Shown here piece after piece: positions 39,334 through 47,370 of a stretch of DNA of 64,000 nucleotides; position 1 is the stretch's first letter, and each line of letters opens with the position of its first letter. The notes below the pieces were generated by a model, which searched no databases, had not been told where the DNA came from, and worked only from the letters and a program-made list of their open reading frames with translations. A program made the position numbers and the translations under genes. The stretch comes from a bacterium (lineage in GTDB: Bacteria > Patescibacteriota > JABMPQ01 > JBDRIV01): the NCBI GenBank assembly GCA_043815505.1, contig JBDRIV010000002.1:438943-502942 (forward strand), in the 5' to 3' direction.

Positions 39334-40867
39334 TCACACAACTTTATATAGAAAATATCGACCCAATAAATTCGCCGAAATTATTGGTCAGGAACCAGTG
39401 GTCAAAACTTTGCAGAATGCTATTGCTAAGGGAAAAGTAGCTCATGCTTACTTATTTTCTGGACCTCGCGGGGTGGGGAAAACTACGGTGGCTAGAATCT
39501 TGGCTCAAAGTGTTAACTGTGAAAATTTCAAAAACGGTGAACCCTGCAATAAATGTAAAAGTTGTGAGGCGATGGCAGGTGGCAGTATGGACTTGGTAGA
39601 AATTGATGCTGCTTCCAATAGAGGAATTGATGAGGTTAGAGCTCTGCGCGAAAAAGCTCTGTTTGCTCCGACGGAAGTAAAAATGAAAGTTTTTGTAATT
39701 GATGAGGTTCACATGTTAACTAAAGAAGCTTTCAATGCTCTGTTAAAACTATTGGAAGAACCACCAGCTCACGCTATGTTCATTTTGGCCACCACTGAAC
39801 CGCAAAAAATTGTTGCTACCATTTTGTCCCGTTGCGCTCGTTTTGATTTTCGCCCTGTCAGTAAAAAAGATTTGGATAAACTAGCAAATCTAATTGCCAA
39901 AAAAGAAGAAGTTAAATTAGACATAGCCGCTTTAGATTTAATCGTACGTTCCGCCACTGGATCGGCACGAGATTTACTTAGCATACTCGGACAAATTATA
40001 AATAGTGGCCAGAAAAGTATTGTGGAAAGAGACGTAAAGGATTTACTGGGCGTGCAAGATCAAACACAAATTCCTATCTTTGTTGGATATTTAATAAAGA
40101 AAAAATCTGGTCAAGCGATTGAACATATCAACGAAATATTATTTTCGGGTTATGATGCCAAAGAATTGAGAAACAATATTTTAGAATATCTACGTTTATT
40201 ATTACTTGCCAAAAACGAAATTAAAAACATTGATATCCCAGCAGTTTATGAAACCGAAATTAGTAAACAAAAATCTGAAATTTCTGAAGTAGAAATAATA
40301 CTAATGATTAAAACCTTTCTGGATATAAATAAATGGTTGGCCGTTTCACCGGTTATAAGTTTACCTTTTGAATTGGCTATAACTGAAATAGTTAGTTCCG
40401 ATGAGGACATAGATAATGATAATGATAATGATGATGAGGAGGTAATAAGTGAAAAAAAGGAAATTAAGGAAATTAAACCAGTTCAAAAAAGTGAAAAAAT
40501 TGAATCAACTATAGAAACGTCAAAATTAAAAACTCCCATAAATAGTATTGAAAAATCGTGGCAAAAAGTAATTGAAAACTTACGTAGTGAAAACTTTTCA
40601 GTTTCGACATTTTTACAAGTTTCTATTCCTGCTAAGATAAAGAAAAATATTTTGGTTATTGCCTGTAAATTTAGTTTTCATAAAGAGAAAATAAATGAAA
40701 TGAGAAATAAAATGATAATTGAAGAAGTTTTGGAAAAGGTATTTGGAGAAAAGATTAAAATTGAGGTTGAAGTTAAAGAAGATTTGGAAATAAATAAAGT
40801 AGAGCTTAAAAAAGCTAAAGCATCTAGCAATGAATTGGTGAATGATGCTGAAAACGCATTTTTATAA
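39320..40867 (+). CDS. dnaX: DNA polymerase III subunit gamma/tau
   Basis: LYRKYRP, GPRGVGKTT, EIDAASNRG, IDEVHML, AFNALLKLLEEPP, TILSRC. Confidence 0.97.
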   Translation: MNKNNHTTLYRKYRPNKFAEIIGQEPVVKTLQNAIAKGKVAHAYLFSGPRGVGKTTVARILAQSVNCENFKNGEPCNKCKSCEAMAGGSMDLVEIDAASNRGIDEVRALREKALFAPTEVKMKVFVIDEVHMLTKEAFNALLKLLEEPPAHAMFILATTEPQKIVATILSRCARFDFRPVSKKDLDKLANLIAKKEEVKLDIAALDLIVRSATGSARDLLSILGQIINSGQKSIVERDVKDLLGVQDQTQIPIFVGYLIKKKSGQAIEHINEILFSGYDAKELRNNILEYLRLLLLAKNEIKNIDIPAVYETEISKQKSEISEVEIILMIKTFLDINKWLAVSPVISLPFELAITEIVSSDEDIDNDNDNDDEEVISEKKEIKEIKPVQKSEKIESTIETSKLKTPINSIEKSWQKVIENLRSENFSVSTFLQVSIPAKIKKNILVIACKFSFHKEKINEMRNKMIIEEVLEKVFGEKIKIEVEVKEDLEINKVELKKAKASSNELVNDAENAFL

Positions 40868-40946
40868 GAGAGTAAAAATAAAAAAGCAAAGAGCAAATAA
40901 GCGATCGTAATAATTTTAATTTTTCTCTTTGAATTTTAATCTTTTA

Positions 40947-41018
40947 TGGGGAGTAGCCAAGCGGTAAGGCACATGGTTTTGGTCCATGCATTCGGGGGTT
41001 CGAATCCCTCCTCCCCAG
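40947..41018 (+). tRNA. tRNA-Gln (TTG); CCA not encoded
   Basis: Acceptor TGGGGAG/CTCCCCA, D-arm GCC..GGC, anticodon stem CATGG-TTTTGGT-CCATG, T-loop TTCGAAT. Confidence 0.96.
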
Positions 41019-41101
41019 GATAGAGGTTTGAGTATCGTGCAACCCACGTGCTTCAAAAGCCCTCCTAGGATTAGCTCGTAATAAGACTCAAAAATACAAA
41101 G

Positions 41102-41124
41102 AATCGCCAAAAGGGCGGTTTTTT
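41102..41124 (+). terminator. Intrinsic terminator downstream of tRNA-Gln
   Basis: AATCGCC-AAAAG-GGCGGTT followed by TTTT. Confidence 0.7.
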
Positions 41125-41154
41125 GGTAGGATAATTTTATATAACAAAATATAA

Positions 41155-41667
41155 ATGCAGACATATTTATTAATTGGACTAATTATAATTCTCGGAACTT
41201 TTGTTTATGCAAATATTCGAGCTATTGGATGGGTGCCGATGAAATCGAAGGACATTGCTAAAGTTCTAGAATTAGCAGATTTAAAACCAAATGAAACTTT
41301 TTGTGATTTAGGTTGTGGTGACGGAAAGCTGATAATGGCCGCCGGACAAAAAGCTCAAGCGTTGGGATATGATATCTCAATTCCCTTGTATATTGTTGCT
41401 AAAATTAGATCCTTCTTTAGTAAAGGAAAAGTACAAGTAAAATTACGAGATTTCTGGTTGGTAAATTTAGAAAACTGCGATGTGGTATTTTTCTTTCTAA
41501 TTCCGAGAATTTTCCCTAAAATGAAAGAAAAATTGGAAAAGGAATTAAAAACTGGTGCCAGAGTTATAATTTATGTTTGGCCCATGCCGGGATGGAAAAT
41601 TAATAAAGTTTTTAAAAATAAAAACGACCACTCTATTTATTTATATAAAATAGGAGATTTAAAGTAA
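41155..41667 (+). CDS. Membrane-anchored class I SAM-dependent methyltransferase
   Basis: N-terminal TM, WVP, DLGCGDG, GYD, LKTGARV. Confidence 0.88.
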   Translation: MQTYLLIGLIIILGTFVYANIRAIGWVPMKSKDIAKVLELADLKPNETFCDLGCGDGKLIMAAGQKAQALGYDISIPLYIVAKIRSFFSKGKVQVKLRDFWLVNLENCDVVFFFLIPRIFPKMKEKLEKELKTGARVIIYVWPMPGWKINKVFKNKNDHSIYLYKIGDLK

Positions 41668-41722
41668 TTAAAAATTAAAAATAAGCCACCAAGGGCCTTT
41701 TTTGATATTTTTTTGCAGAATG

Positions 41723-41750
41723 AACCGCTTGGCTTGAAGACCAAGCGGTT
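41723..41750. terminator. Perfect 10-bp inverted repeat between convergent genes
   Basis: AACCGCTTGG-8 nt-CCAAGCGGTT. Confidence 0.7.
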
Positions 41751-41760
41751 AAAATGATTT

Positions 41761-42036
41761 TCATCTGGGGAGAATGCGTCTGGGTGGTCCGAGAGACAGA
41801 ACTCCTAGAACTTTCTGGCGGGCGATGACACGAAGCACGAGTTTGGTAAGATCTCCATTCACAGGACCACCATTACTGATGATTGCCTGTATTACTTTCT
41901 CAAACTCCGGATCATTTTCCAATTCCTTAGCCAGTCTGGACGCTTCTTCTTTCTTTGTAAGAACCTCAAAGGGTTTAGTGCCAGTGGGAATACGAGCAAC
42001 AATTCCATCAGCAGATTCAATAAATTCAATAGTCAT
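41761..42036 (-). CDS. Hypothetical protein (about 91 aa)
   Basis: SD-like AGGGGGT 6 nt before ATG 42036; own promoter upstream and hairpin downstream. Confidence 0.6.
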   Translation of the reverse strand: MTIEFIESADGIVARIPTGTKPFEVLTKKEEASRLAKELENDPEFEKVIQAIISNGGPVNGDLTKLVLRVIARQKVLGVLSLGPPRRILPR

Positions 42037-42093
42037 GGCCATACCCCCTATGTTTAGATGATAAATCAAATGAACATTTTTATATTAAGACTG

Positions 42094-42122
42094 ATATTAA
42101 TAGATATTTAATTATGTGTCAA
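42094..42122 (-). promoter_or_regulatory. Sigma70-type promoter of the 41761-42036 gene
   Basis: Minus strand TTGACA-17-TAATAT. Confidence 0.65.
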
Positions 42123-42191
42123 GGGGATAAGTTCGAATATACAAATATCTAAAAAATTGCTAAAATATAAGCATATAATTAACCATTTTAT

Positions 42192-42836
42192 ATGACAGAA
42201 GAAAACACAACTCCATCCGAAAATGAGCCAAAAGAAGACTCAAAAGATGGAGATAAAAAGAAAAATAACAAAGTTTTAATTATAGTTATAATTTTAGTTG
42301 GTGCTCTAATAATATTAGGATTTGCAGCTTCAGCTATATTTGGTTGGATGGGGAAGAAAGTGGTTGAAAATGTTATAGAAAATACTGCTGAATCAAGTTT
42401 AGGAGAAGGTGCAGATGTTGATATTGATGAAGATGGATATACAATTACCAATAATGGCACAACGGTATCAGGAGATGAGAACAGTTATAGTATGACATCA
42501 GATGACGGATCAATTAAAAGTGGAACAGCAGCAGAACTTCCAAGTGATTGGCCAAGTAACATCCCGGAATACAGTGGATCTGAACTATCTTCTACTACTG
42601 ATATTTCCGGAACCATGTCAGCATATTATGAATCAACAGATAGTGTTAGTGATGTTGCAAGCTATCTTAAAGATAAATTGGAAAAAGCTGGTTATATAAT
42701 TGGTGATACATATACTACCAATGATTCCTATATGTATACATTTTCGGATAATACTTACGATGGTTCATTGAATGTATATTCTTATGAAGATGGAAAAACA
42801 ACTTACGCAATTATTTTAGGACCAAAAACTGAATAA
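42192..42836 (+). CDS. Single-pass membrane protein with acidic Ser/Thr/Asp-rich extracellular domain
   Basis: TM VLIIVIILVGALIILGFAASAIF; LPSDWPSNIPEY..LEKAGY; TAATG-coupled to the hydrogenase small subunit. Confidence 0.75.
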   Translation: MTEENTTPSENEPKEDSKDGDKKKNNKVLIIVIILVGALIILGFAASAIFGWMGKKVVENVIENTAESSLGEGADVDIDEDGYTITNNGTTVSGDENSYSMTSDDGSIKSGTAAELPSDWPSNIPEYSGSELSSTTDISGTMSAYYESTDSVSDVASYLKDKLEKAGYIIGDTYTTNDSYMYTFSDNTYDGSLNVYSYEDGKTTYAIILGPKTE

Positions 42837-43324
42837 TGGAAGACGAGAAAAAAAAATTAAGAGTCGGTTGGTTTACGTTTTCTTGTTGTGAAGATTCCAC
42901 GGTTATAATGATCGAAGTCTTAAACGATCATTGGCAAGAATGGAGAAAGCTAATTGATTTTCGCCACGCCCGCGTTTTACAAAGAAAAAACGTTTTAGAT
43001 GAAATGGACGTGGCTTTTGTTGAGGGCGCAATAACATCTGAAGAATATGTAAAGAAAGTAAAGAAGATTAGAGATTTAGCAAAAGTTGTTGTAGCGGTGG
43101 GCGCTTGTGCCGTAACTGGTATGCCTTCTGGACAAAGAAATAATTTTGACGAAAAAACAAAAGCAGAAGTTCAATTTTTAGTAGAGAGGTTTAAACAACT
43201 TGATAGAGTTATGAAAGTTGGAGAAGTAATTAAAGTTGATGCGGAACTTCCTGGATGTCCAATGGACCCTAATCAATTCATAGAGCTTGTAGAAAAAGCC
43301 TTTAAAGATTTTAAAATCAAATAA
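42836..43324 (+). CDS. NiFe hydrogenase small subunit (single-cluster, HoxY/NuoB-like fold)
   Basis: FSCCEDS, DVAFVEGAI, AVGACAVTG, LPGCP; no C-terminal Fe-S domain. Confidence 0.88.
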   Translation: MEDEKKKLRVGWFTFSCCEDSTVIMIEVLNDHWQEWRKLIDFRHARVLQRKNVLDEMDVAFVEGAITSEEYVKKVKKIRDLAKVVVAVGACAVTGMPSGQRNNFDEKTKAEVQFLVERFKQLDRVMKVGEVIKVDAELPGCPMDPNQFIELVEKAFKDFKIK

Positions 43325-44631
43325 TGCATACATTTGATTTATCACTTGGTGAAATTACAAAAGTTGAAGGCGCTGCTTCGCTAGATTTGAGTGTAAAAGA
43401 CAATAAGGTTACCAGTGTAAAATTTAAAATTGACGAGCATAAAAGATTTTACACACAAGCTATGCGGGGAAAAATGGTTATGGCCCTACCGCAACTGTTG
43501 GCTAGGATTTGTGGAACTTGTTCTAATGCTCATCTTTTATGTAGTATTGAATCTTGTGAAAATGCTTTAGGAATTGAAGTTTCCCAGCAAACAAATATTT
43601 TACGTGATTTAACCATGGATGGACTGATGATTCGAGATCACGCTTTGCATTTGTATTTGTTTTCCATGCCCGATATTTTTGGCAAAGATAATTTTTTAAG
43701 TTTCGATGAAGATGATGAAACGGAACACCAAATGTTGCATGATGCTTTTGAAATAAAAGCCGTTGGAGATGGTTTGGCCAAGTTAGTTTCTGGAAGAAGT
43801 GTCCACGCTATGTTTCCAACAATTGGAGGATTTAACAATGAAGTTAAAAAAGAAGATATTGCTCCAATTATGGAAAAATTAAAAAAAACTCGACCAGCAG
43901 TTTTGCGCTTAATGGAAGTGTTTGCTGAGGCCGATTTTCATTTAGATAGAGAAACGCAGTTCATGGCCATCGTGGGCGATAATGAATTTAATTATTTACG
44001 AGGAAAATTAAAAACTAGTGATGGTATGGAAAAAGATGAAAAGGAATTTAGAGATCATTTGGAACATGTTGTTTTGCCATATTCACAAGCTTCTGGTTAT
44101 AAATATAAAGGAACATCTTTCATGGTTGGTTCTATGGCGAGAATTAATTTAGCCAAAGAATTATTGGAAGATGAAACCAAAAAAGATGCCAAAAAGTATT
44201 TGGACATGTTTCCCACAACCGATATTTTTCAAAACAATTTAGCTCAAGCAATAGAAATATTGAACAGTATTGACCATGCAATTAAAGTATTTGCTACGAC
44301 GGAATTCAAAAAAGAAGATCTCATAAAAGCAGAGCCTCCCAAAGAAGAGACTGTTGGTATTGGCGTGATAGAAGCGCCCCGTGGAACGCTTTATCATAAA
44401 ATAGTTTTGCAACCAGATAATAAAGTAAAAGAAGGTGAAATTATTGTTCCTACTGGTCAAAATCAGATTAATATTGAACAAGATATTAAAACTTTGGTAG
44501 AAAAAAATCTAGACAAGCTAGATAAAGATGGAATGGCCATGGAAATAGAAAAACTTATTCGGGCTTATGATCCTTGTATGAGTTGCGGGTCACATTTTTT
44601 GAAGGTAAATTGGAACGAAGAGAAAATATAA
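43324..44631 (+). CDS. NiFe hydrogenase large subunit (group 3b-related)
   Basis: TKVEG, L1 RICGTCSNAH, EAPRGTLYH, IVPT..N, L2 RAYDPCMSCGSH plus 11-aa C-terminal extension. Confidence 0.92.
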   Translation: MHTFDLSLGEITKVEGAASLDLSVKDNKVTSVKFKIDEHKRFYTQAMRGKMVMALPQLLARICGTCSNAHLLCSIESCENALGIEVSQQTNILRDLTMDGLMIRDHALHLYLFSMPDIFGKDNFLSFDEDDETEHQMLHDAFEIKAVGDGLAKLVSGRSVHAMFPTIGGFNNEVKKEDIAPIMEKLKKTRPAVLRLMEVFAEADFHLDRETQFMAIVGDNEFNYLRGKLKTSDGMEKDEKEFRDHLEHVVLPYSQASGYKYKGTSFMVGSMARINLAKELLEDETKKDAKKYLDMFPTTDIFQNNLAQAIEILNSIDHAIKVFATTEFKKEDLIKAEPPKEETVGIGVIEAPRGTLYHKIVLQPDNKVKEGEIIVPTGQNQINIEQDIKTLVEKNLDKLDKDGMAMEIEKLIRAYDPCMSCGSHFLKVNWNEEKI

Positions 44632-44986
44632 GATCAGGTAAAACTTCATCTGCTTCTGAATTTTGGGGCAATCCAAATATCAGAATATGAGAGGGAAGTT
44701 TTTTTAATTTATCTAAAAATAATAATTGACTGTGTACATCCAAATCATGCATGGTTATACTCGGGTTTTTTCTGAACTCTTTAATATCTCTGAATAATTT
44801 AACTTTATCAATTCCTTGAACGGTATCAATTATAACTAAGGGACGAGGAATTGATTCCTCATTTTCAATATAAGAAATTTCAAAAAACTCAAATTCAGGA
44901 AACTCTTTTTGCAGTTTCTTTTTTAATTTTAGTGGCAAATTATCTATGGCCAAATCTTTATTTCCCAGTAACCAAATTTCCATCAA
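44555..44986 (-). CDS. Hydrogenase maturation endopeptidase-like protein (HyaD/HycI fold, divergent)
   Basis: LLGNKDLAIDN, VIIDTV, ITMHD match the GN..D / D / H metal-ligand pattern; adjacent to the large subunit. Confidence 0.7.
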   Translation of the reverse strand: MMEIWLLGNKDLAIDNLPLKLKKKLQKEFPEFEFFEISYIENEESIPRPLVIIDTVQGIDKVKLFRDIKEFRKNPSITMHDLDVHSQLLFLDKLKKLPSHILIFGLPQNSEADEVLPDLIFSLRSNLPSKNVTRNSYKDHKPE

Positions 44987-45741
44987 ATTGTAAGATTAGC
45001 TAACATTATCGATTGGTTGGTAAAAGATTTTAATATTTTATATTGTTCAAGGGAAATTGTATCGCAGGGAGAATCCCAATGAACAGTAATAATTTCACCA
45101 ACTTTTATATTGTCCAACCAACCTTCATCGTTTAAGCGACGTATAATCCTTTTAGGTTTAGTGGCACCAGCTAAAGAGAATTTTCCGTTATGATATTGCA
45201 ATTCATCCAGTCGGGCATAAATATAGGGGCCAGATATCTTTGTTATTTTTCCTGCAGTAATTATACATTTCTTTAAACTATCTAACGATTCATGTATTTT
45301 ATCATCCCCAATTTTATGCCAAATATTTAAAACGTGAAATGAATGATGTAAAAAAACACCCATATGTAGTTTATCTTCAACATATTTAAAATCAGCTCCA
45401 AACTTTGTATTAAAATTTCGCACCTCAGTAAAATACTTGTAAGTTGCTTGTTTGGAGATATTCTTTAGCAGGTCATTTCCTAGCCAATAAGCGGCCACCA
45501 CACGTGGATCATAAGGATCTGCTATATTGTTCTGGCTGGCAATAAACTGCAAATAGGGATGAAGGTTTTTAAATTGAGAAAGAATATTGTTTAAGCCATC
45601 ATCAAAACTCTCGTTTTTTAGATATGCAAAAACCTCAGAATTGGCATCCGGACCACAAAGATGAAGTCGGTTCGGACCAAAAGAGTATCTTGCACACAAA
45701 GATACTCCATCAATTTTATCTTTAGTTAATTTATCTGACAA
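44983..45741 (-). CDS. DUF6390-like hydrogenase-locus protein
   Basis: ARYSFGPNRLHLCGP, DPRVVAAYWLGNDLL, HHSFHV, VGEIITVHW; family recognised from memory. Confidence 0.7.
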   Translation of the reverse strand: MSDKLTKDKIDGVSLCARYSFGPNRLHLCGPDANSEVFAYLKNESFDDGLNNILSQFKNLHPYLQFIASQNNIADPYDPRVVAAYWLGNDLLKNISKQATYKYFTEVRNFNTKFGADFKYVEDKLHMGVFLHHSFHVLNIWHKIGDDKIHESLDSLKKCIITAGKITKISGPYIYARLDELQYHNGKFSLAGATKPKRIIRRLNDEGWLDNIKVGEIITVHWDSPCDTISLEQYKILKSFTNQSIMLANLTI

Positions 45742-45743
45742 AT

Positions 45744-46664
45744 CTATACTTTAAGTTTTAATTGTTTGGCTTTACTCTTAGAAAGTGATTTAGAAAAATA
45801 CAAATATATTCCTACACCAGCTAGTGTTAGTAGTGTTCCATAAATTAAATTTGTATTAATGTTGTGAGCATCAATAACTGCAATTAAAATGTTTGTAATT
45901 AAAGCGGAAGGGACAAGTAGAGTGGTAACTACTGTGGCGGGAGCTCTTTTTAAGGCAGCATACCAAGTTAAAACATATCCGCTCAAGAAAACAGCTGAAA
46001 TAGTTGTCCATAACCATTGCTGACCAGATAAATTTGAAAACATATACAAATTTCCTTGTTGCCAAACAACAAACAGCAAAACGATTGAGCCTAAAACCAT
46101 ACGACCACCAGTTACTAGTAAGGCTGAAAATTTCTTTAGAACATGTTTGGCGATTACATTTTCAATGGCCCAAAGCATGGTAGCTAGAACAATAAATAAT
46201 TCACCTCGAGAAAATTCAAATCCCGAAAAGCCACCAATAACTAAAGTGCCTGTAACAAGTAATCCCATGCCAGCAATTTGTAAAAAGGTGAGTTTTTCTT
46301 TAAGAAACGGAACGGATAAAATTGCTACCCAAATAAATAAAGTTTTATGAATGAAATTAGCATTAACGGCTGATGATTCCAATAGACCAGTGAAAAAGAG
46401 AATAAAAGGAATACTGCCACCGATAATTCCAATCAAAATTAGTTTTGTCCAATCATGGAGCCGCAAATCCTTAATTTCTCGCCATTTCATAAATAGTAGC
46501 ATCAAACCAATAACAAGCAGGGCGACCACAGAATTTTTTAGAGTTGTAAAAACTATTGGATCTTTAACAATCGTAACAGCATACTTCATGATGAAATTTG
46601 AGAAACCTGAAATGAGAGCTGTTAATAATGCTAAGATAACACCTAATTTATATTTATTTTTCAT
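45744..46664 (-). CDS. DMT/EamA family transporter
   Basis: About 10 TMs in two repeats; LFFTGL, FLKEKL, YAALK. Confidence 0.9.
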   Translation of the reverse strand: MKNKYKLGVILALLTALISGFSNFIMKYAVTIVKDPIVFTTLKNSVVALLVIGLMLLFMKWREIKDLRLHDWTKLILIGIIGGSIPFILFFTGLLESSAVNANFIHKTLFIWVAILSVPFLKEKLTFLQIAGMGLLVTGTLVIGGFSGFEFSRGELFIVLATMLWAIENVIAKHVLKKFSALLVTGGRMVLGSIVLLFVVWQQGNLYMFSNLSGQQWLWTTISAVFLSGYVLTWYAALKRAPATVVTTLLVPSALITNILIAVIDAHNINTNLIYGTLLTLAGVGIYLYFSKSLSKSKAKQLKLKV

Positions 46665-46918
46665 TTACTTTTAACTAATATTTACGCTTAGTATAGTATA
46701 GCAAAACCAAAATATTTGTTTAGACTGGAATATTTATGAATATTATGTTATAATATAAATACTTTACAAAAACTCGTTCTAAAACAAAAATAACACCAAA
46801 AACTATTTCAAAAAAAGGCAACAAGCTTACTTTTTCCAAGGAAGCTTTATCTAATATTGTTGACGACACTAAAAAGGAAAAGGATGATCTGACTAAAGCT
46901 AAAAATGTAAACTGGTTT

Positions 46919-46943
46919 AAAACCCCAAAAAATGGGGTTTTTT
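46919..46943 (+). terminator. Intrinsic terminator upstream of the response regulator
   Basis: AAAACCCCA-AAAAA-TGGGGTTTTTT. Confidence 0.75.
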
Positions 46944-46998
46944 CTTGTGAAAGAATGAAATTTAAGCTAATATAAAGACAGATAATTAATTATTTATT

Positions 46999-47370
46999 AT
47001 GCCTGCCAAAATTCTTATAATTGAAGATGAAGCAGATTTGTTAGAAATATATAACAAAAAACTGACTGAATCTAATATGGAGGTGGTAACCGCCAAAGAT
47101 GGAAAAAGCGGTATTGAAATGGCCAATAAAGAGAGGCCAAATCTGATAATTTTGGACCTAATGTTGCCAGAAATGCATGGTTTTGATGTCCTAGCAGAAA
47201 TAAAAAAGGACGATAATTTGAAGGATACGCCAATAATAATTCTAACTAATCTTAATCATTCTTTGGATGAAAAGAAGGGATATAATTTAGGTGTAGCAGA
47301 ATATCTTATAAAAGTACAAACAGACGTTTCCCAATTACCAGAAATTATAAGAAAACATCTTAAAAAATAA
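46999..47370 (+). CDS. Single-domain response regulator (receiver only)
   Basis: ILIIEDE, LIILDLMLP..GF, IILTN, YLIK. Confidence 0.92.
   Translation: MPAKILIIEDEADLLEIYNKKLTESNMEVVTAKDGKSGIEMANKERPNLIILDLMLPEMHGFDVLAEIKKDDNLKDTPIIILTNLNHSLDEKKGYNLGVAEYLIKVQTDVSQLPEIIRKHLKK

Noticed and set aside
40412-40436. (GATAAT)n microsatellite in dnaX
   Set aside because: In-frame Asp/Asn low-complexity linker; unit length of 6 cannot shift the frame
40916-41164. 82-aa minus-strand ORF
   Set aside because: Antisense to tRNA-Gln; typical tRNA shadow translation
41774-42061. 95-aa plus-strand ORF
   Set aside because: Opposite the minus-strand ORF, which has promoter, SD and more protein-like composition
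44560-44600. Selenocysteine (NiFeSe) in hydrogenase L2
   Set aside because: Codons are TGT/TGC (DPCMSC); no in-frame TGA
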